Assembly: GCA_964404855.1 (NCBI GenBank)
Contig: CAYOLO010000001.1
Span: forward strand, 443,009-507,008
DNA from: an uncultured Gammaproteobacteria bacterium
GTDB taxonomy: Bacteria; Patescibacteriota; Microgenomatia; CAYQLK01
Direction: 5' to 3'
Length of the DNA: 64,000 nucleotides
A program made the translations under genes and the position numbers. Position 1 is the first letter of the stretch. Each line of letters opens with the position of its first letter. Below the pieces are notes generated by a model. It was not told the origin of the DNA. It ran no database searches and worked only from the letters and a program-made list of their open reading frames with translations. This document shows positions 50,991-58,988 of the stretch, piece by piece.

Positions 50991-51815
50991 ATGGAATTTG
51001 GAAACAGTATAAATAATAGTCCAATAATAAAGACAGAAGCTAAAAGAGCTAAAGGTTTGCTGATTCCTGCTATGGCGCTATTGGTGATGCTGGTTGTTTT
51101 GTTTACAATCGGAATTCCAAAGCTAACTGAAACAGCTAATTTGTTCAATAGTATTTCACAAGCAAATACCGACTTGAAAAATTTGGAAGATAAAAATAAA
51201 GTTTTGGCATCGGAAAATGCTTCACAATTACAAAGCGATATTTCGCTACTCAATTCCGCAGTTCCTTCCTCGAAAGATGCCATTGGGTTGGTGTCTGGAA
51301 TGCAAAGACTGGCTGCTGAGAACGGGCTTATTATGCAGACAATTCAGGTTGCACCAGGCAAGCTTAGATATGTTCAAAAAGAATCTTCGGGATCAGCAGT
51401 AATTGTTCCTGTTTCTGAACAGACCGCAGCAGAGGTTACAGCTGATGAGATTGTTGCACCTACTGGTTCGAAAGTGGTTGAAGGTGTTGAAACCTTTGAT
51501 TTTCAGGCGACTATGACTGGGCCGTATGTTCAAGTGGAACAGTTTTTGGCTGCATTTCCATTGACATTAAGGCTAATTGATCTTAATCAGATAAATATTT
51601 CAACTGAGGGTGACGCTTCTTTAGGGCTAGTCAGGGTATTAGTGTCAGGTGTTGCCTATTACAAAACCTTGCCTGCAACCTTGCCTGATCCAAAATTGGA
51701 GATTACTAAATTAACTAAAGAACAGATTGATGCGATTGCCAAAATAAAAGGATACCGAGTGGTCTCTACCCTGCCAGATCTTAAATCGACGGGTTCGGTT
51801 GAAAATCCGTTCTAG
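50991..51815 (+). CDS. PilO-like pilus assembly protein
   Basis: N-terminal TM plus a coiled coil, positioned after pilM-pilN. Confidence 0.5.
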   Translation: MEFGNSINNSPIIKTEAKRAKGLLIPAMALLVMLVVLFTIGIPKLTETANLFNSISQANTDLKNLEDKNKVLASENASQLQSDISLLNSAVPSSKDAIGLVSGMQRLAAENGLIMQTIQVAPGKLRYVQKESSGSAVIVPVSEQTAAEVTADEIVAPTGSKVVEGVETFDFQATMTGPYVQVEQFLAAFPLTLRLIDLNQINISTEGDASLGLVRVLVSGVAYYKTLPATLPDPKLEITKLTKEQIDAIAKIKGYRVVSTLPDLKSTGSVENPF

Positions 51816-51930
51816 TTTTTTAAGTGTATTTAAAATTCTCAATAAATTTGTAAATAATTTGTCCTATAGTATTTGATTTTATGCCTAATTTGTGATATAA
51901 TTAGGATATATTAAGTTACGGAGTTGCACT

Positions 51931-52134
51931 TTGGACCAAGAACTTATTGAACAGGTTGAGGCTTTTGTTGCCATGTTTGGCGAATTCGATTCGTCAGATG
52001 CTGAGTTTTCTCACCACGAAGCAGGCTTCCTGAGGCTAGTGCTAACCGAGCGGGCTAGCGAGTTGCCAGAAGAGCTGTTGGCATCCCTTCGCAAGATTGT
52101 GGCCGACCGACAGGTTCGCTTTCACACTCGATAA
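51931..52134 (+). CDS. small hypothetical protein (67 aa), GC-rich
   Basis: TTG start with an ACGGAG SD 7 nt upstream. A TGaTATAAT extended -10 at ~51885. GC ~50%. Confidence 0.4.
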   Translation: MDQELIEQVEAFVAMFGEFDSSDAEFSHHEAGFLRLVLTERASELPEELLASLRKIVADRQVRFHTR

Positions 52135-52161
52135 TTCAGTTTTTTCCCGTTTTAAGTAAAA

Positions 52162-52806
52162 CTAAAGCGGGATTTTTTTACGGTTTTTTTGGCGATACTC
52201 CCCTATCGCCTTATGGTGTCCACTAAAAAGAATTTCTGGAACTTTTTGACCACCAAAATCAGATGGTTCTGTATAAAGAGGGGTTTCGGTTAGGTTGCCT
52301 TGAAAGGTTTCGTCAATTAATGAGTCTGGGTTGAGTACATCTGGTAGTAGTCTGGTAACCGAGTCCAGCATTGAAAGGGCTGCAGTTTCGCCGCCAGTTG
52401 TTATGTAGTCGCCAATTGAAATTACCCGATCAACTAGTTCATAAATTCTGTAATCAAATCCTTGATAGTGCCCGCAGATAAGTGTAATTGAAGGTTTTTG
52501 AGATAAATTAGTTGCGGTATTCTGAGTGTAAGTGTCGCCTTTTGGGCAAAGTAGAATTGTTTCGGTTTTGGGGTCATCTGAGCGAATTTTTTTAATAGCA
52601 CGGTCAACGACATCTACTCTTAAGACCATCCCACCACCACCACCGTATGGTTTGCCGTCAACGCTTTTTCTGTCACCGACACCAAAATCTCTGAGATTAT
52701 AAATATTTATTTCGACTAAGCTATTTTTGACTGCCCTGCCGATTATTGAGGTTTGAATATAGGTATTAAAAATTTCGGGAAATAAGGTCAAAACATTGAT
52801 TGTCAT
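52162..52806 (-). CDS. trmD: tRNA (guanine37-N1)-methyltransferase
   Basis: INVLTLFPEIF N-terminus and the SPOUT knot motifs. Confidence 0.9.
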   Translation of the reverse strand: MTINVLTLFPEIFNTYIQTSIIGRAVKNSLVEINIYNLRDFGVGDRKSVDGKPYGGGGGMVLRVDVVDRAIKKIRSDDPKTETILLCPKGDTYTQNTATNLSQKPSITLICGHYQGFDYRIYELVDRVISIGDYITTGGETAALSMLDSVTRLLPDVLNPDSLIDETFQGNLTETPLYTEPSDFGGQKVPEILFSGHHKAIGEYRQKNRKKIPL

Positions 52807-52842
52807 AGGTATTTTGATTGTAAGCTAATTTAAGGGGGGAAA

Positions 52843-53073
52843 TCAGGCAGCAACTTCAACTCTGCAGTATGTGCCCTGCTGAGTAGCTAAAATGCCTACC
52901 AACGAGCGAATAGAGCGGATAATGCGGCCATTCTTGCCGATTACCTGGCCAACATCTTCTTGGTGAACAGTAATTGTGAGTTTGGTCTCGCCTTCTGTGG
53001 TTTCTTCTGCAACTTCTACTGATTCTGGGTGGTCGACGATTGATTCAAGAATAAAAAGAACGAAATCTTTCAT
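52843..53073 (-). CDS. KH-domain RNA-binding protein (YlqC/UPF0109)
   Basis: VIGKNGRIIRSIRSL KH motif. Sits between rpsP and trmD as in many bacteria. Confidence 0.75.
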   Translation of the reverse strand: MKDFVLFILESIVDHPESVEVAEETTEGETKLTITVHQEDVGQVIGKNGRIIRSIRSLVGILATQQGTYCRVEVAA

Positions 53074-53300
53074 TATTTGGCCATTAATGATCTAACTGTT
53101 GGTGATAGTTGGGCGCCTTTTTTAACCCAAGCTTCGATTAGGTCTTTTTTGAGCTCAATTGAAGCAGGTTTAGTTTTTGGATCGTAAGTACCGAGGTTTT
53201 CGATGTATTTACCATCTCTTGGGCCGCGAGAATCGATTGCTACGACGCGGTAGCTAGGGCTTCCTCTTTTGCCTGTTCTAGTTAGTCTGATTTTTACCAT
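53073..53300 (-). CDS. rpsP: 30S ribosomal protein S16
   Basis: MVKIRLTRTGKRGSPSYRVV N-terminus. Confidence 0.9.
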   Translation of the reverse strand: MVKIRLTRTGKRGSPSYRVVAIDSRGPRDGKYIENLGTYDPKTKPASIELKKDLIEAWVKKGAQLSPTVRSLMAK

Positions 53301-53381
53301 AAGATTTTTCTAAATATAGATTTATGTTCAAGCAGATTATACTGGCTAATAAAGACGTGTCAAGCTTGATGATGTTTTTAG

Positions 53382-54116
53382 TTATTTTTCAATTAGCTTG
53401 TTAAGGGCAGCTTTGGCGGCATCCTGTTGGGCTTCTTGCTTGCTGTTGCCAATACCAGTACCAGAAACGAGGCGATTAATCATGACTTCGACGGTAAAAG
53501 TTTTGGCGTGATCGGGTCCGCTTTCGGATACGGTTTTATAAAATGGAGAACTTTTGAAACGTTTTTGGACAATTTCTTGTAATCTGCTTTTGGGGTCAAG
53601 TAGCGAACTTTCGAGGTCACTCGATGGACCTTTAAGTAATGTACGGAAGATGAATTTTTTGGAGGCGAGCATGCCAAGATCAAGGAAAATTGCTCCAAGC
53701 ACTGCCTCGTAAGTATTGGCAAGAATTGATTTGGTTTTTGTCCCACCTCTTTCGTGCTCGCCTTTGGATAAAAACAAAAACTTAGCCAAATCAAGTTGGG
53801 TTGTCATATCGGCAAGACTTTCGGTTCTAACAAGAACTGAACGGTAGTGAGTAAGTATTCCCTCCTTTTGGTCGGGATAAGTAAGATAGAGGTGTTCAGA
53901 CACAATTAAAGATAAAACGCTGTCGCCAAGGAATTCTAGTCTTTCGTTGTCGTGCGTAAAAACAGTGTCTGGGGCCGATACTTCGTTTAGATATGATCTG
54001 TGGACAAAAGCGTTGGCAAGAAGTTTTGGGTTTTTGAATTTAACGTTAAGGGCTTTTTCTGCTAGCGCAATTGGGAAGTTATCAAAAAGTAGCTCTGTAT
54101 TGGATTTTTTGGTCAC
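53382..54116 (-). CDS. rnc: ribonuclease III
   Basis: NERLEFLGDSVL catalytic signature and a C-terminal dsRBD. Start placed at an internal GTG (uncertain); the longer ORF has an implausible N-terminal extension. Confidence 0.8.
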   Translation of the reverse strand: MTKKSNTELLFDNFPIALAEKALNVKFKNPKLLANAFVHRSYLNEVSAPDTVFTHDNERLEFLGDSVLSLIVSEHLYLTYPDQKEGILTHYRSVLVRTESLADMTTQLDLAKFLFLSKGEHERGGTKTKSILANTYEAVLGAIFLDLGMLASKKFIFRTLLKGPSSDLESSLLDPKSRLQEIVQKRFKSSPFYKTVSESGPDHAKTFTVEVMINRLVSGTGIGNSKQEAQQDAAKAALNKLIEK

Positions 54117-54129
54117 AATTAAAAATATT

Positions 54130-54362
54130 TTATAGTTTGTCTTCGACTTCGGTTGCAAGGTCGTGGACAGTATTAACCAGTTCAATGTCGGTGTGTGATA
54201 GGTCAATGTCAAATTCTTCTTCAAGGGCCGCAACAGTGTCTCTGATTTCTAGCTCTGAGAGGTTGAGGTCAATCCTTAGGTCAGAAGATTCAGTTACATC
54301 TTCTAATAGATTGCCTGTGGTTTCTGCAACGGTTTTGATGACTTGTGTAATAGTTTCCATAT
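54130..54362 (-). CDS. acpP: acyl carrier protein
   Basis: DLNLSELEIRDTVAALEEEF matches the ACP DSL/phosphopantetheine-site helix. Start at METITQ. Confidence 0.7.
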
Positions 54363-54407
54363 GTCTATTTGGTATCTTACAAGAAAAAAATATCAAAAAA
54401 CAACCCT

Positions 54408-54809
54408 TTATTCTGCTTTGGGTTCTGTTTCTGCTTCTGTGGCGGACTCTGGTTGGGGTATTTCTTTAACAACGGAGCCTAAAACGCCATTAATAAACGA
54501 GCTGGTATGTTCGTTGCCGAATTCTTTGCCTAGCTCAATTGCTTCGTCAATTACAACTTTTTGAGGTTGGCTTTTGTCGATTATTAGTTCATAAACTGCA
54601 AGTCGCAAAACTGCTAAGTCGATTTTTGAAATTTGCTCTATTGGCCAAGCGGGGGCATTTTTGGCAATTTCTAGGTCTATTTCAGTAATTGAACTGGTGA
54701 TTGGTAGGATTTCGGAAAAGTCTGCTTGATTGTGATCAAATTCATAAGCAAAAAGCATTCTGACAAGCTTAATGCGATGTTTGTGGCGTGGGTCAGTTTT
54801 GGATTTCAT
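54408..54809 (-). CDS. nusB: transcription antitermination factor NusB
   Basis: KHRIKLVRMLFAYEF...IDEAIELGKEFG NusB fold pattern. Confidence 0.85.
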   Translation of the reverse strand: MKSKTDPRHKHRIKLVRMLFAYEFDHNQADFSEILPITSSITEIDLEIAKNAPAWPIEQISKIDLAVLRLAVYELIIDKSQPQKVVIDEAIELGKEFGNEHTSSFINGVLGSVVKEIPQPESATEAETEPKAE

Positions 54810-54865
54810 AAATACTAACTTTATTTAAGATTATACCTAAATAAGTAGTAAGTCGTTAGCTTGTT

Positions 54866-55033
54866 TTAGTAACTGCGAGTTTTGTAAGTATTGCAGCTCG
54901 GGCAAATTCGGTGTGGAAGTTTTGGTGAATTACAGTTTTTGCACGAAACAGTTCGGACGCTTGCAACACTTAGGGTTGCTCGTCTTTTGCCTTGTCGGAC
55001 TTTAGATAGATGTTTTTTTGGTACTGGTGCCAT
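54866..55033 (-). CDS. rpmF: 50S ribosomal protein L32
   Basis: 55-aa ORF MAPVPKKHLSKVRQGKRRATLSV...CKNCNSPKLPHRICPSCNTYKTRS, the L32 zinc ribbon. Absent from the ORF track because it is under 60 aa. Confidence 0.8.
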   Translation of the reverse strand: MAPVPKKHLSKVRQGKRRATLSVASVRTVSCKNCNSPKLPHRICPSCNTYKTRSY

Positions 55034-55140
55034 TTATTTAATTTGTTATTTAAGCCTGCGAATTATATACAGAGGTAATTTTTAAGTCAACATAAAAAAA
55101 TCCCCCACAAGTTTTAACGCTTGCGGGGGGATGGTTGTGG

Positions 55141-55479
55141 TCAGATAGTGAGTCTGATGAGAGTATCCATGGCTTCAGCAAGAAGCGCTTTGTTGGCTTC
55201 TCCAAGACGGCTGTTTTTTTCGAGCAGTCGAAGCTTGTTGGCTACAACATGGTCAATAATCAGGCGGACGCATTCGGGATCGCGACGATTGGGAGTTTCC
55301 AGACAGTGAGCCAACTCCCTATCGAGGTCGCGGACGTCAGGAGTGCTTTGATCGGTTGGGGTGGTCTTCACGCCTTTCCCTCCCTTTTTTTCCTTTTTGG
55401 ATTTTTTCGACTTAGACAATTCAATTACTCCTATGTAAGGTGCGATTTCTGACGGGAATTTTAGACCAAATGAAACCAA
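55141..55479 (-). CDS. hypothetical protein with Lys-rich N-terminal segment
   Basis: 112-aa ORF. KSKKSKKEKKGGKGVK followed by a helical C-terminal half. No motif recognised. Confidence 0.4.
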   Translation of the reverse strand: MVSFGLKFPSEIAPYIGVIELSKSKKSKKEKKGGKGVKTTPTDQSTPDVRDLDRELAHCLETPNRRDPECVRLIIDHVVANKLRLLEKNSRLGEANKALLAEAMDTLIRLTI

Positions 55480-55505
55480 TATTCAATACTAGAGGATATA
55501 AACTA

Positions 55506-57512
55506 TTAATCGATTGGATCCGGTGTGGCAAACGATTGTAAATACTCTTTGATATAAGGATTGGTGAGTTCTGGATCGGCAAGTAAGATTTTGTCTGCGA
55601 TATTAGAGGCTTTTTTTATTTCTTCAATTGATGATAGATCAGCGATTTTGAAGTTACCTTTACCGTGTTGCAGGTAGCCATATGTTTCGCCGGCACCTCT
55701 GGTTTTAAGATCAAGTAGGGCAAGCTTGCCGCCGTCGTGTTCACTTACGAAGTGTTTAAGTCGTTGTGAGTCGGTTTTGTCTTTGGAATGAAACAAAAAA
55801 CAGAACGCTTCTTGTCCCCGTCTACCAATACGGCCTCTAAGTTGATGAAGTTGAGATAGACCAAATCTTTCGGAAGAGCTAATAACAAGAATTGAAAGGT
55901 CGGGAATGTCGATACCAACCTCAACAACTGGTGTAGACACCAGAATAGAGCCTGGGCTACTTGCAAAATCAGATAGAATTTGATCTTTTTCAGCAGATTT
56001 AAGCTTGCCGTGAAGTAAAAAGACCTTTTGAGCGCCGAAGTATTTATCTACTTCTAGAAATAGTTTTTTGACGGACTCAATCTCTCCCATAGTTGTTTCA
56101 GACTCTTCAATAATTGGTGCAATAAATAGTGCACTGTTGCCTTTTTTTAACTCGCTTTCAATAAATTTGTATGCTTTTGGTTTTTGGCTTGAGGTCAGAA
56201 TATGGCTTGCAACCTTGCGATGTCCTTTTGGAAAAGATTTGATTTGGCTAAGGTCAACATCACCATAAATAGTAAGAGCAATGGTTCTAGGAATTGGGGT
56301 TGCAGTTAGTGAAAGAAAATGAGGGTAAATATTTTTGCGCGCGCCGAGACCAAATATTTTGGATCTTTGATTAACGCCGAAGCGGTGCTGTTCGTCGACG
56401 ATGACAAGGCCAACCTTATTTTTCTTAAAGTGTTCTAAAGCTTTTTTTTCAAGGAGTGCGTGTGTGCCAATCGTAATATCTTTGCCCCAGATTTTTTTGC
56501 TGCCGGTAAAAATACCGATATCAAGATTGGGGAAAAACTTTTGTAGTGAGCTAAGGTGCTGGTTGGCTAAGATTTCGGTTGGAGCAAGAATTATTGTTTG
56601 TAGGTCGTTACTTGCAGTAATTGCTCCAGCGATTCCTGCAACAATGGTTTTCCCAGAGCCCACGTCACCTTGAATAATGCGGTTGGCCGGTTCGGCTTTT
56701 TTGAAGTCAACAACAATATCCTCAATAGCTTGGAGTTGATCATCGGTTAGGGTTAGAGATAGATTTTTGAGAATATTTGCTACAGGAAAGCTTTTGTACT
56801 TATTAGTCAAAAGTTTTTTTTGCCATTTTTTGCGTCTTAAACTATTAGCAAGACGGACTAGAACAACCTCATCGACAGCAAGTCTTTTTTTAGCCTTTTC
56901 TACCAAAGTTAAGTCTTCGGGGTTGTGAATAATTTCTAGTGATTGGAAAAGGTCTAAAGTTTTGTCGTCTAAATAATTTTTAATGAAGTCTAGTTTGGAA
57001 AAATTAATATCTGAGTGAAGGATTTTTTGGATATTCTTACTGAAGAACTTGTTGGTAAGTCCTGAGGTTAAGGGGTAAATTGTCGAAAATTTTGAAACCT
57101 CTTCTTCAATGGGACTAAAACTAGGATTAGTAATTGAGATTTGGTTACGGTAAGCGGTTAGTTTGCCATAAAAATAATAAGACTGATTTTTTTTAAGTTC
57201 GGCTGTTATATATGGAGGACCAAAGAACATAAATGTTTTGCGAACCTTGCCATCGAAAACCGTAACTGCGGTTAAGTTGCGCCCCGTTCTGGCTCTTAGG
57301 AAGGCCTTACTGATAACAGTTGCGCGAGTAGTTATTTCTTCATCAAGGTGTGCGTCAAACTCGTGGAGTGAAATGGTTTGAGAGAAGTCGTTGTATCTTT
57401 TGGGTAGGTGGAAAAGCAGGTCGCGGACGGTAAATATTTTAAGCCTTGCTAGTTTATCAGCACTTTTGTCGCCGATACCAGAAACGGTCGCGACTGAATC
57501 AGAGAGTTGCAT
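55506..57512 (-). CDS. recG: ATP-dependent DNA helicase RecG
   Basis: Wedge domain, then an SF2 helicase (DVGSGKT Walker A, DEQHRFG, and the QLRGRIGR motif VI). Confidence 0.9.
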   Translation of the reverse strand: MQLSDSVATVSGIGDKSADKLARLKIFTVRDLLFHLPKRYNDFSQTISLHEFDAHLDEEITTRATVISKAFLRARTGRNLTAVTVFDGKVRKTFMFFGPPYITAELKKNQSYYFYGKLTAYRNQISITNPSFSPIEEEVSKFSTIYPLTSGLTNKFFSKNIQKILHSDINFSKLDFIKNYLDDKTLDLFQSLEIIHNPEDLTLVEKAKKRLAVDEVVLVRLANSLRRKKWQKKLLTNKYKSFPVANILKNLSLTLTDDQLQAIEDIVVDFKKAEPANRIIQGDVGSGKTIVAGIAGAITASNDLQTIILAPTEILANQHLSSLQKFFPNLDIGIFTGSKKIWGKDITIGTHALLEKKALEHFKKNKVGLVIVDEQHRFGVNQRSKIFGLGARKNIYPHFLSLTATPIPRTIALTIYGDVDLSQIKSFPKGHRKVASHILTSSQKPKAYKFIESELKKGNSALFIAPIIEESETTMGEIESVKKLFLEVDKYFGAQKVFLLHGKLKSAEKDQILSDFASSPGSILVSTPVVEVGIDIPDLSILVISSSERFGLSQLHQLRGRIGRRGQEAFCFLFHSKDKTDSQRLKHFVSEHDGGKLALLDLKTRGAGETYGYLQHGKGNFKIADLSSIEEIKKASNIADKILLADPELTNPYIKEYLQSFATPDPID

Positions 57513-57545
57513 AAGTAAATGGAATTATAAGCTTTTGAGGCAAAA

Positions 57546-57683
57546 CTAGGAGTAAGCTAAGGGCAAAAGGATTGAGGAGAGAATAATGATTACTCCAGCA
57601 ATTAGAGCTAAGATTTTGGCTACTAATTTAAAATGCTTTTTGCGTGGAAGTAGCTTGCGAGGTTTAACTGTTATTTTTTTCAT
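57546..57683 (-). CDS. possible small single-TM protein (45 aa)
   Basis: MKKITVKPRKLLPRKKHFKLVAKILALIAGVIIILSSILLPLAYS. Very short ORF with no SD. Confidence 0.25.
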   Translation of the reverse strand: MKKITVKPRKLLPRKKHFKLVAKILALIAGVIIILSSILLPLAYS

Positions 57684-57783
57684 TCTCTTTATTTTATTTT
57701 TCGTGTTTCACGAAAAGCAAGGTGTAGCGAAAACTGAATGAAATTATACAAGAGGTATTAATTTTATGAATTTTCGCGAGCAC

Positions 57784-58932
57784 TTATTTTTCAATTTTAA
57801 TTTTTCTCCCCTTTTTTTTAAGGGAAATCGTTATTTCATTTTTGTTACCGATAATATTGCCAATAGGTTCGAATGGGTTATTAAATATCTTATCGTCAAT
57901 GTAGACTCCTTCTGATATTTTTCTCTTGGCATCAGAATTTGATTCTGCGATTGCTGTTCCAGCTATGACACTAGATAGTGTGGCATTAACAGAAGCGTCT
58001 GGAAATTTGGCTGAAAGTGATATTTTTTGACTAACAAAATCTTGTAAGTTGCCTGGTTCTAGGTCTGGATAGATTTTGGAAATATAGTATTCAGCGAGTT
58101 CTGTATAGTTGGGATTATTTTGAAATTGATTTATTTTCTCTTTTTCCCAATCTGTTGCACCTTCTGCGTAAGCAATCAGTAGTTTATTTGGAATCTTGCT
58201 TACTTTGTCTCGAATGTCTGCTGGGGTATCAGAAATTGCAATCATATTGCCAGTGGTTTTGCCGGCTTTTTCGCCTTTTTCATCCACTAATAATCGATTG
58301 GTTAGAACGAATTTTTCTTTGTTGTTTTTTTTGCGCATTAGTTCTTTGCCAATTAACATATTGAAGGTTTGGTCAGCTCCGCCAAGTTCTAGATCGATAT
58401 TAAGTTTGTCACTGTCGATTGCCTGCATAATTGGATACATAAGCTCAGACATAGCCAGAGACGAACCTTTTTTTAGTCTTTCTTGAAATAAATCTCTTTC
58501 AATGATTTGGGCGTGAGTGAAAAAACTTAAGTACTCAAGCATTTCAGAGAGGTCCATTTTGTCTAGCCACTCAGAGTTGTATTTGATGTGATCATCGTCT
58601 ACTTCTGGAAAGAAAAGTCTGATTTGTCTGACGTAGTCGGAGGCATTTTCTTTGACTTGGTCGATGGTGAGTTTGGTGCGGGTTTCTGCTTTATCTGGAT
58701 CACCAATGCGGGCAGTAAAGGTGCCAATTACCACAAAAACATCGTGTCCGAGTAGGTGAAATGCGCGAAGTTTTAAAAGATTAACTACATGACCAAGGTG
58801 GAGTGTGTTGCCAGTTGGGTCGAAGCCGCAGTAGATGCGAAGTTTTCTGGTATCAAGTGCGGTTTTGAGCGAGTCGTTATCAGGATATATTTTGTCGACC
58901 CCGCGGGTTAAAACTTCGTCTAGGCTTTGCAT
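57784..58932 (-). CDS. tyrS: tyrosyl-tRNA synthetase
   Basis: HIGH-class motif (TGNTLHLGHVV), KAGKT (KMSKS-like) and a C-terminal S4 domain. Start taken at MQSLDEV; an alternative start 14 codons upstream at 58974. Confidence 0.85.
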   Translation of the reverse strand: MQSLDEVLTRGVDKIYPDNDSLKTALDTRKLRIYCGFDPTGNTLHLGHVVNLLKLRAFHLLGHDVFVVIGTFTARIGDPDKAETRTKLTIDQVKENASDYVRQIRLFFPEVDDDHIKYNSEWLDKMDLSEMLEYLSFFTHAQIIERDLFQERLKKGSSLAMSELMYPIMQAIDSDKLNIDLELGGADQTFNMLIGKELMRKKNNKEKFVLTNRLLVDEKGEKAGKTTGNMIAISDTPADIRDKVSKIPNKLLIAYAEGATDWEKEKINQFQNNPNYTELAEYYISKIYPDLEPGNLQDFVSQKISLSAKFPDASVNATLSSVIAGTAIAESNSDAKRKISEGVYIDDKIFNNPFEPIGNIIGNKNEITISLKKKGRKIKIEK

Positions 58933-58988
58933 GGCTTTTATTTTTACATAAATACAGGCTAATTCCAAATACATTAGTACTTGTCGAT

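Noticed and set aside
57784-58974. Longer tyrS start at 58974 (MYLELACIYVKIKAMQSL...)
   Set aside because: The extra 14 residues are not TyrRS-like and would put the start 15 nt from the divergent PBP1A start. MQSLDEV (58932) matches the conserved N-terminus. Kept as an alternative.
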